DNA from: Candidatus Kaiserbacteria bacterium
GTDB taxonomy: Bacteria > Patescibacteriota > Minisyncoccia > Phycocordibacterales > UBA2100
Assembly (NCBI GenBank): GCA_016217925.1
Contig: JACRFK010000010.1
Span: 4,784 to 68,783 of the forward strand
Length of the DNA: 64,000 bases
Direction: 5' to 3'
Each line of letters starts with the position of its first letter. The stretch's first letter is position 1. Below the pieces are notes generated by a model that was not told the origin of the DNA, did no database searches, and saw nothing but the letters and a program-made list of their open reading frames with translations. This document shows, piece by piece, positions 54,323 to 62,135 of the stretch. Position numbers and translations under genes: made by a program.

Positions 54323-55368
54323 GCTTCTTTGTTGTCCAACTCGGCGAGATCAGCTTCTATCATAATCCGGATAAGTTCTTTGAATTTGACTTTTGGTTTC
54401 CATCCGAGCTTTCGCTTTGCCTTGGACGCATCTCCTTGAAGAATATCCACTTCGGCAGGGCGGTAGTAGTGCGGATCTATTTCAACGAGAGTTTTCCCCG
54501 AAAGGCGGTCGATGCCTTTTTCCTGCCGGCCTTTTCCTTTCCAGATAACGTCGAATCCCAGTTGGCGCCCGGCCTCTTCGACGAGCTCGCGGACGGAATG
54601 CGTCTCGCCCGTCGCGAGGATGTAATCGTCGGGCTCTTTTTGCTGGAGCATGCGCCACATACCCTCCACGTAATCTTTGGCGTAGCCCCAGTCGCGCTTC
54701 GCGTCGAGGTTGCCCAGATATATCTTTTCTTGCAGGCCACGGCTGATGCGGGAGAGCCCGGCAGTAACTTTGCGCGTGACGAACGTCTCGCCACGGCGGG
54801 GGCTCTCATGATTGAACAATATTCCGTTGCATGCGAAGAGTCCGTAGCTCTCGCGGTAATTCTTGGCTATCCAAAATCCGAACACTTTTGCGCAGCCGTA
54901 CGGCGAGCGGGGATGGAAGGGCGTCGTTTCCTTTTGGGGTATCTCGTTGACCTTTCCGAACATTTCCGAGGAAGATGCCTGGTAGAAGCGCGTTTTGATG
55001 CCCGTCTCGCGGATGGCGTCGAGCATACGGAGTGTGCCTATCGCGTCTACATCGGCGGTGTATTCGGGGATGTCGAAGCTCACGCGCACATGGCTCTGCG
55101 CGCCGAGGTGGTATATCTCGTCGGGCCTCACTTTTTCCAGAATGCGATTGATGCTGCTCGTGTCGGAAAGATCGCCGTAGTGGAGGAGGAGGCGGACGTT
55201 GCGTTCGTGCGGGTCGCGTAGGATATGTTCGAGTCGTCCCGTGTTGAAACTGCTGGAGCGGCGGATGATGCCGTGTACCTCGTAGCCCTTCTCGAGGAGC
55301 AGCTCGGCGAGATAGGAGCCGTCTTGGCCGGTGATGCCCGTAATGAGGGCTTTTTTCGCTTTTGCCAT
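54319..55368 (-). CDS. gmd: GDP-mannose 4,6-dehydratase (copy 2)
   Basis: [50 protein letters not shown]. Confidence 0.95.
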   Translation of the reverse strand: MAKAKKALITGITGQDGSYLAELLLEKGYEVHGIIRRSSSFNTGRLEHILRDPHERNVRLLLHYGDLSDTSSINRILEKVRPDEIYHLGAQSHVRVSFDIPEYTADVDAIGTLRMLDAIRETGIKTRFYQASSSEMFGKVNEIPQKETTPFHPRSPYGCAKVFGFWIAKNYRESYGLFACNGILFNHESPRRGETFVTRKVTAGLSRISRGLQEKIYLGNLDAKRDWGYAKDYVEGMWRMLQQKEPDDYILATGETHSVRELVEEAGRQLGFDVIWKGKGRQEKGIDRLSGKTLVEIDPHYYRPAEVDILQGDASKAKRKLGWKPKVKFKELIRIMIEADLAELDNKEA

Positions 55369-55449
55369 CGGTGCATGGTAGCCTCGCTGGGCTCATTTCG
55401 CAAGGAAATCCGGTTGCATGCAGTAGACGAGGAGTGCATACTTCGGCGC

Positions 55450-56331
55450 ATGAGTCCCGTTAGAAATAGCCCGCCCCGTTGGCCCTTCGGGCGCGCAAGC
55501 GCGGGCGCGATTTCTAACGGGATGAAGAAAACGAAGAAACCGGTTGTATGGGTGGCGGTTTCCGGCGGCTTCGACCCCCTACACATCGGGCACGTGCGCA
55601 TGTTCCGCGAGGCGCGGCAGCTTGGCGACAAACTCGTCGTCATTATGAACAACGACAACTGGTTGCGAGGGAAGAAAGGTTTCGTATTCATGCCGCAGAA
55701 GGAGCGCGCCGAGATAATCAGGCACCTGCCATTTGTCGACAAGGTCGTCCTTACCGACCACCAGAAAGGTGATGCGGACAAAAGCGTCTCGCGTACGCTC
55801 ACCAAAGTCCGCCCGGACATCTTCGCCAACGGCGGTGATAGATTTTCAAAAAACGTCCCCGAAGTCGCCGTGTGTAAAAAGCTCGGCATCAAAATGGTTT
55901 TCAATGTGGGGCAAGGCGGCAAGGTGCAGTCTTCATCGTGGATGATAAGCAATTCGCGCCGGCCCGCATCGAAATCCGTCCGGCCGTGGGGAGAATATTA
56001 CGGATGGGATGAGGGGAGTGAGTGGAATCTCAAGACTATTTACATCAAACCGAAAAGCCGATTGAGCCTGCAATACCATCATCATCGCGAAGAGTGGTGG
56101 CTGCTTGTGGAAGGTGATGCGACCGCGACTGTGCACGAAGGCAAGGAGGTACTCACGATACCGCTCCGCAAAGGGGAAGTGTTCCGCGTCGGTAAAAAGC
56201 AGATACACCGGCTCTCGTCCAAAAAAGGCGGAGTCGTCGTCGAAGTGGCGTACGGGAAATTTAGCGAGGAAGACATCGTGCGGCTAGAAGACGACCACGG
56301 CCGCCCAACTTTAAAACGGCGCGGGCGGTGA
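55450..56331 (+). CDS. Cytidylyltransferase (HIGH) + phosphomannose-isomerase type II-like cupin fusion (alternative start 55522)
   Basis: SGGFDPLHIGH, FANGGDR, SSS; RPWGEY, LSLQYHHHREEWW, HRL, EDIVRLEDD. Confidence 0.88.
   Translation: MSPVRNSPPRWPFGRASAGAISNGMKKTKKPVVWVAVSGGFDPLHIGHVRMFREARQLGDKLVVIMNNDNWLRGKKGFVFMPQKERAEIIRHLPFVDKVVLTDHQKGDADKSVSRTLTKVRPDIFANGGDRFSKNVPEVAVCKKLGIKMVFNVGQGGKVQSSSWMISNSRRPASKSVRPWGEYYGWDEGSEWNLKTIYIKPKSRLSLQYHHHREEWWLLVEGDATATVHEGKEVLTIPLRKGEVFRVGKKQIHRLSSKKGGVVVEVAYGKFSEEDIVRLEDDHGRPTLKRRGR
55455..55521 (+). mobile_element. Non-autonomous TCCCGTTAGA...TCTAACGGG element (67 bp) at a start codon
   Basis: ATGAG-TCCCGTTAGAAAT...ATTTCTAACGGG-ATGAA; GC-rich hairpin interior. 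Confidence 0.8.
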
Positions 56332-56344
56332 TATACTCTTTCCA

Positions 56345-58579
56345 ATGATACTCGAAAAAACAATCCGTTTTATCGTTCTCAGCGCGTTATTCCTCCTTCT
56401 TCTCATTCCATTCCTCGTCCCGCAATCGTTGTTCTTCCCGTTCATCACGGGTAAGAACTTCGCGTTCCGCATACTCATCGAAATAATGGCTGGCGGGTGG
56501 CTTGCGCTCGCTCTCACGTATCCAAAATACCGCCCGCGCCGTTCATGGATACTTGCCGCGTTCTCTGTATTCGTTGTCATCATCGCACTTGCCGATGCGC
56601 TCGGCGCGTACCCATTCAAAAGCTTTTGGAGCAACTATGAGCGCATGGACGGTTGGGTGACGCTCGCACACCTCTTCGTGCTGGTCGTCGTCGCATCTTC
56701 CATGTTGAACACCGAGAAACTCTGGGGCACTTTTTGGAAGTCGGCGCTCGGAGTGTCCGTCGCCGTCGCGGGATATGGTTTTCTCCAACTTTTTGGCGTG
56801 GCGAGCCTCACCGCAGGTTTTTCGTCGCTCTCTCGGCTCGACGCGACGTTCGGCAATCCCATTTACCTCGCCGCGTACATGCTCTTCCACGTGTTCATCG
56901 CGGCGCTCCTCTGGGCCCAAGCGTGGACGAAGAGCGCTCCGGGTTCTAGGCTCGGATTTTCTATCGCCTACGGAACCGTGCTTGTCATCGATTGTATCGT
57001 ACTGCTTTTGACGTCGACACGGGGGACCATTCTCGGACTCGTCGGAGGGGTTTTTATTTCGGCGGTACTCGTCGCACTTTTCGCACGCGATGCCAAAAAT
57101 AGTCTCGTTCGTCCGGCTGTCGGCGTCGTTATAGGCCTCGTTGTGCTATCGGGAGGGTTCTTCTTGGTGCGCGACGCCGCATGGGTACAGAATGTCAGTT
57201 TCTTGCAGCGGCTCGGGACCATTTCCGCATCGGATAGCACGACGAAAGCTCGTTTCTACAATTGGGGTATGGCGTGGGAAGGGGTAAAGGAACGCCCCGT
57301 CTTGGGCTGGGGGCAGGAAAATTATGCGGTCGTGTTCGACAAATACTACGACCCGAGGATGTATAACGCCGAGCAATGGTTCGATCGCGTGCACAATGTT
57401 GTCTTCGACTGGCTCGTCGCGGGCGGCATTCTCGGACTCCTCGGCTATCTCAGTATTTTCGCAGCTGCACTTGCGGCATTGTGGCACCGTTCGCGCGGTG
57501 CACAGAATCTATCCGAGTTCACGGTCGTCGAGAGCAGTATCCTCTCGGGAGTCCTCTCGGGATACTTTTTCCACAATCTCTTTGTGTTCGACAACGTCAC
57601 GAGCTACATGCTTTTCGGTCTCATCATTGCCTATATAGTATGGCGCAAGAGTGAATCGGCAGGGTCTCTGAGGCTATGGGCTCAGTCGCTACCGGTGACC
57701 AGCTTGCCCTACGTCGCGATAGCTGCCGCCTTGCTCACGTGGGGTGGAGCATATTGGATCAATGCGGCGGCGCTTGAGCAGAATCGTCTCCTTATTCAGG
57801 CTATTAGTCCGCAAGCGGAAGGGGTCGGCAAGAACCTCGAACTCATCAAGAGCGCCATCGCAGAGGGTTCTGTGGGTACGCAAGAAGCCCGCGAGCAACT
57901 TTTGCAAATGACGACGAAGATTATTTCCGCCTCTGGAATCGATCCGAGCATCAAGCAGCAATTCTACGACGTCGCTGTCGCGGAAATGAAGAAGCAGCAG
58001 GAAGCATCCCCTCTGGATGCGCGTCCCGCGCTCTTCTTGGGGCTGCTCCACAATGCCGCTGGTAATTATGTCGCGGGCGCCGAAGCACTTCTACATGCAC
58101 ACGAGCTTTCACCGGCGAAACAATCCATCTTGTATGAGATGGCGCAAAATGCGCAGATGCGCGGAGATGTCGCGGGCATGATGCGGAACCTGAAAACCGC
58201 TTACGAGTTGTACACCGATAATCCGCAGGCCCGCATTCTCTATGCCGCGGCGTTGATCCGTACAGGAAATAATGCTCTCGCCGATGAATTGCTTGCCACT
58301 ATTATCCCCACAGGCGAGGCGGCTGATCCACGTATCACCAGCGCATACCTGGAACACAAACGCTACGACAAAATAGCGCCTATCTGGAGTGCGTACGTGG
58401 CGGTGCACCCAGATAATGTGCAGGGGTACTTCACGCTCGCGGCTGCATACTACGGAATGGGAGAACGCACGAAGGCAATCGAGGTTCTCGTTGCAGCATC
58501 GAAGCTCTCTCCGGCGGTCGCGGCGCAGGCGGCGCCATTCATCGAGCAGATAAAGAACGGCACCCTCAAGCTCGAATAA
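56345..58579 (+). CDS. O-antigen ligase / O-oligosaccharyltransferase family protein with C-terminal TPRs
   Basis: ATFGNP, TSTRG, RPVLGWGQENY, DRVHN; about 12 TM plus TPR-like helices. Confidence 0.88.
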   Translation: MILEKTIRFIVLSALFLLLLIPFLVPQSLFFPFITGKNFAFRILIEIMAGGWLALALTYPKYRPRRSWILAAFSVFVVIIALADALGAYPFKSFWSNYERMDGWVTLAHLFVLVVVASSMLNTEKLWGTFWKSALGVSVAVAGYGFLQLFGVASLTAGFSSLSRLDATFGNPIYLAAYMLFHVFIAALLWAQAWTKSAPGSRLGFSIAYGTVLVIDCIVLLLTSTRGTILGLVGGVFISAVLVALFARDAKNSLVRPAVGVVIGLVVLSGGFFLVRDAAWVQNVSFLQRLGTISASDSTTKARFYNWGMAWEGVKERPVLGWGQENYAVVFDKYYDPRMYNAEQWFDRVHNVVFDWLVAGGILGLLGYLSIFAAALAALWHRSRGAQNLSEFTVVESSILSGVLSGYFFHNLFVFDNVTSYMLFGLIIAYIVWRKSESAGSLRLWAQSLPVTSLPYVAIAAALLTWGGAYWINAAALEQNRLLIQAISPQAEGVGKNLELIKSAIAEGSVGTQEAREQLLQMTTKIISASGIDPSIKQQFYDVAVAEMKKQQEASPLDARPALFLGLLHNAAGNYVAGAEALLHAHELSPAKQSILYEMAQNAQMRGDVAGMMRNLKTAYELYTDNPQARILYAAALIRTGNNALADELLATIIPTGEAADPRITSAYLEHKRYDKIAPIWSAYVAVHPDNVQGYFTLAAAYYGMGERTKAIEVLVAASKLSPAVAAQAAPFIEQIKNGTLKLE

Positions 58580-58667
58580 GGGTTGCGGCCTCCCGAGGCG
58601 GGAGTATAATTCGTCTGTGAGTGCCACACATCCGTGTGCAGTGTGGATTCTTGATTGAAAGTCGCCT

Positions 58668-58700
58668 AAATACCTCCCTCACGGGAGGTATTGGGTTTTT
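58668..58700 (+). terminator. Intrinsic terminator
   Basis: AATACCTCCC-tcac-GGGAGGTATT followed by GGGTTTTT. Confidence 0.7.
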
Positions 58701-58770
58701 GGCTTGCAGGCCTTGTTTCCAGTGATACGCTTATATCGGTAGGGTCATAGCCCTACTACGCTAAAGCTTC

Positions 58771-58860
58771 GTAGGGCGCAGCGTGGAGGGCGGCGGCACT
58801 CACATAAGACTTTCACTTTGGAGCTCGCACCCGTCCTCCGCATTGTGCCTTACATTTTTT
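58771..58860 (+). ncRNA. Candidate structured ncRNA (23-bp stem, 37-nt loop, U tail)
   Basis: 58771-58793 pairs with 58831-58853 with five G:U pairs and one mismatch on the + strand; ATTTTTT follows. Confidence 0.5.
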
Positions 58861-59045
58861 CTGTAACAAAAAACCTTCTCACCTATTTCAAAATAATTTT
58901 CAGCGAGAGCAAAAGAAAAGTTATCCACACTCGTCGTCGAGAAAAAATATTTTCGCGCGCATGAATGCAATAATGAATCAGTAATCGCATCTTCGCGTTA
59001 CTGCGTAAGTGCGGGTCGAACTTAGCACTCAAGCACAATATTTAT

Positions 59046-59102
59046 ATGGCAAAGAAAAAGAAGGCAAAGAAGAAGGCAAAGAAGGCAAAGAAGTCCCGCT
59101 AG
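59046..59102 (+). CDS. 18-aa Lys/Ala-rich basic peptide MAKKKKAKKKAKKAKKSR
   Basis: ATG..TAG, AAG/GCA codon repeats, own terminator immediately downstream. Confidence 0.6.
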   Translation: MAKKKKAKKKAKKAKKSR

Positions 59103-59109
59103 TGACTTT

Positions 59110-59142
59110 GAAAACGGCCTCCTCGAACAGGGGGTCGTTTTC
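59110..59142 (+). terminator. Intrinsic terminator after the basic peptide
   Basis: GAAAACGGCCTCCT-cgaac-AGGGGGTCGTTTTC. Confidence 0.65.
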
Positions 59143-59308
59143 ATTTCGGAATGTTCATTTGAATCGCAATAAAAGGCGATTTGATGTAGGATTGTCCAAT
59201 GTCCCCAGAACACAATTCTCACGCCCAATCTTTTTTGCCGAATCTTGACTGTGGGGGCCCCCGGTCTTACGCCGCCATTTCCCGATTACGTCGAATTGTC
59301 TACGGGGT

Positions 59309-61822
59309 ATGACATTCTGGAAAAGGCTTTTCGGGGATGAGAATCTTGCCGCGCTACGTGCGGCGGAGCCTATTGTTGCAGCCACGAACGCTCTCGAGGC
59401 GGGCATGAAAGCGCTCGGAGACGAGGAGCTAAAGGCGAAGACCGCTGAGTTCAAAAAGCGTATCACGGCGGGGACAAGCCTCGATGAATTGGCGCCTGAA
59501 GCATTCGCGGCCGTACGCGAGGCGTCCCGCCGCACCCTCGGTCAGAGACATTTTGATGTACAGCTATTGGGCGGAATGATACTTCACCGGGGGGACATCG
59601 CCGAGATGCGCACCGGTGAAGGGAAGACGTTGGTTGCGACCTTGCCCGCATACCTGAACGGGCTTACGGGGAAAGGCGTCCACATTGTCACGGTCAATGA
59701 TTATCTGTCGCGCCGTGATGCTGTCTGGATGGGCGAGATCTACTACGCGCTCGGGCTTTCTGTCGGGGTCATCAATCACGAAGCCTCATTCATCTACGAT
59801 CCGACACATGTGTCGCCGGAAGCCGTCGCTGCGGAGGATGCCGAGCGGGACGCAGTAGGTGCGTTCAAGGTCATGCACGACTTCCTTCGCCCTTGTACCC
59901 GTCGTGAGGCCTACGCTGCCGACATCACGTACGGCACCAATAATGAATTCGGGTTTGATTACTTACGCGATAACTTGGAATACAATTCCGCGGTCTTGCG
60001 TCAACGAGAATACCATTTTGCTATTGTCGATGAGATTGACTCCATTCTCATTGACGAGGCCCGCACTCCTCTTATTATTTCTGCTCCTGTTTCTGACGCC
60101 GAATCACTCTACGGGCGTTTTACCCAGATCGCGGCTTCTCTCGTGCCCGAAGAGGACTACACGGTAGACCACAAACACAAGCAGATACAGCTCTCCGACT
60201 CGGGCATCGAGAAAGCTGAGAAGGCGCTCGACGTCGAGAATATCTACACCGACGCCGGTATCAAGTATGTCCACCATCTAGAGACCGCCGTACGCGCTAA
60301 AGCGCTTTTTGAGCGGGACAAAGAGTACGTGGTGAAGGATGGGCAGATCATCATCGTCGATGAATTTACGGGCCGCTTACAGCCCGGGCGAAGGTGGTCC
60401 GAGGGTTTGCACCAGGCGATCGAATCCAAAGAAGGGGTAGAAATGCAACAAGAATCGCGCACGTTCGCCTCTATAACGTTCCAAAATTACTTCCGCCTTT
60501 ACAGCAAATTGGCCGGAATGACCGGTACGGCGGCGACCTCGTCCGAGGAGTTCTACAAGGTCTACGGTCTCAATACTGTCGTCGTGCCGACCAATAAACC
60601 TGCCGCGAGAAAAGACCATGAAGACCTCATCTTCCAGACCGAATCAGGCAAGTACAAAGCTATCGCGCGTCACGTGCGCCAATTGCATGAGAAGGGACAG
60701 CCGGTCTTGGTGGGCACGGCGTCCGTCGAAAAGAACGAGATACTCTCGGCGTACTTCAAACAAGAGGGAATACCGCACGAGATATTGAATGCAAAGAACC
60801 ACGAACGGGAAGGGGAGATCATCGCGCAAGCGGGACGCAAGGGTGGCGTCGTCATCGCGACCAACATGGCGGGCCGCGGCGTTGATATCAAACTCGGAGG
60901 AAATCCCGGCTCGAACGAGACATACGAAGAAGTGAAAAAATTTGGCGGGCTTTTTGTCTTGGGTACGGAGCGGCATGAAGCGCGACGCATCGATAATCAG
61001 CTCCGCGGTAGAAGTGGGCGACAGGGCGATCCGGGGGAGACGCAATTTTTCGTCTCGCTCGAAGATTCGCTCATGCGCGTGTTCGCATCCGACGTCATCA
61101 AGAAGGTGATGGGCACGTTCAAGATACCTGAGGATGAGCCCATTTATAATTCGATGATCACGCGGGCACTTGAGAAAGCTCAGACCCGGATAGAGGAGCT
61201 GAATTTCGACGCACGCAAACATGTCCTCTCGTATGACGACGTTCTGAATATTCAGCGTCAGAGCATATACGCTCGTCGTCATATTCTTCTCACGGGTGAC
61301 AACGCTGCAGTAGACGCCGAGCTCATACGCATTGCTGAGGCCAGCGAAGGATTTGCAGAGGCGATCGAGCTGAAGAAAAAAGAATTGGGAGATGCGTTCT
61401 ACGGAGCGGTGCGGCGACCACTTTTGCAGACTACCGATTTTCTTTGGGTAGAACACTTGGAGTCAATGGAGTATCTCCGCAATTCGGTGAACCTCCGCGC
61501 GTATGGTCAACGTGACCCGCTCGTCGAGTACAAGAAAGAAGGTCTCAAGCTTTTCCAGACGATGGAAAATTCATATTTGGCTCAAGCCGCCGCGATGCTG
61601 CCAAACCTCACAACGGGGGGAATACAAATACGCAAAGAGGAGCAGGTTATCCACAAGGCGGTACGGACGATATCCGCTCCGACTGGGGTGCCCGCGAGGA
61701 CCGAATATGGGCGGAACGATAAGGTGACTATCACGAATGGCGTTGAGCGACGTGAGATGAAATTTAAGAAAGCAGAGCCTCTTCTTGCAAGCGGCGAGTG
61801 GCAAATTGCCACCGAGAAATAA
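59309..61822 (+). CDS. secA: Preprotein translocase subunit SecA
   Basis: EMRTGEGKT, TVNDYL, VDEIDSILIDEARTPLIIS, ATNMAGRG, RIDNQLRGRSGRQGDPG. Confidence 0.97.
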   Translation: MTFWKRLFGDENLAALRAAEPIVAATNALEAGMKALGDEELKAKTAEFKKRITAGTSLDELAPEAFAAVREASRRTLGQRHFDVQLLGGMILHRGDIAEMRTGEGKTLVATLPAYLNGLTGKGVHIVTVNDYLSRRDAVWMGEIYYALGLSVGVINHEASFIYDPTHVSPEAVAAEDAERDAVGAFKVMHDFLRPCTRREAYAADITYGTNNEFGFDYLRDNLEYNSAVLRQREYHFAIVDEIDSILIDEARTPLIISAPVSDAESLYGRFTQIAASLVPEEDYTVDHKHKQIQLSDSGIEKAEKALDVENIYTDAGIKYVHHLETAVRAKALFERDKEYVVKDGQIIIVDEFTGRLQPGRRWSEGLHQAIESKEGVEMQQESRTFASITFQNYFRLYSKLAGMTGTAATSSEEFYKVYGLNTVVVPTNKPAARKDHEDLIFQTESGKYKAIARHVRQLHEKGQPVLVGTASVEKNEILSAYFKQEGIPHEILNAKNHEREGEIIAQAGRKGGVVIATNMAGRGVDIKLGGNPGSNETYEEVKKFGGLFVLGTERHEARRIDNQLRGRSGRQGDPGETQFFVSLEDSLMRVFASDVIKKVMGTFKIPEDEPIYNSMITRALEKAQTRIEELNFDARKHVLSYDDVLNIQRQSIYARRHILLTGDNAAVDAELIRIAEASEGFAEAIELKKKELGDAFYGAVRRPLLQTTDFLWVEHLESMEYLRNSVNLRAYGQRDPLVEYKKEGLKLFQTMENSYLAQAAAMLPNLTTGGIQIRKEEQVIHKAVRTISAPTGVPARTEYGRNDKVTITNGVERREMKFKKAEPLLASGEWQIATEK

Positions 61823-61896
61823 TCTCGGGAGCCGAGATAGGCCCATTTTATCTGTGTGCTCGGATTCTCGATTGTGCGAGATGGTGGTGTTTGGTT

Positions 61897-62029
61897 AGCG
61901 TATCGCTCGGGGTCCCCGCGCCGAACTTAGACCACGAGTTTGTTTCAATATTCCGTGTGGCTACCTTATGTCGTTACTCCTCGGATATTTGCTGCGCGAT
62001 GTTCTCCCAGGGACCCCGAGCGATACGCT
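61897..62029. mobile_element. MITE-like 133-bp element with perfect 20-bp terminal inverted repeats
   Basis: AGCGTATCGCTCGGGGTCCC (61897-61916) / GGGACCCCGAGCGATACGCT (62010-62029). Confidence 0.65.
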
Positions 62030-62135
62030 TTTTGGGTGGGGACTTAAGGTGGTAGAGTAGCCCCATATGGCGATATACCCCAGTACCACAGCGCTACGCG
62101 CTGGCTACGGGGCAAGGCGAGCCTAAAAATTGCGT

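Noticed and set aside
58610-58860. Identification as RNase P RNA, tmRNA, SRP RNA or raiA-motif RNA
   Set aside because: Only GAAAGTC resembles those RNAs. RNase P P4 partners, a tRNA-like T arm/CCA, the SRP loop motif and the rest of the raiA consensus were not found by eye, so it is left as unknown.
58921-58929. DnaA boxes (also 1646-1654 and 61647-61655) as oriC
   Set aside because: Isolated single boxes with no cluster and no dnaA/dnaN nearby.
59009-59248. 79-aa and 68-aa overlapping ORFs upstream of secA
   Set aside because: Alternative frames of the AAG/GCA repeat that run through a terminator; the 18-aa frame explains the sequence better.
62067-62126. 19-codon ORF in frame with gatB as a leader peptide or readthrough extension
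   Set aside because: Mostly made of a palindromic repeat and ends in TAA; gatB has a normal N-terminus at 62136.
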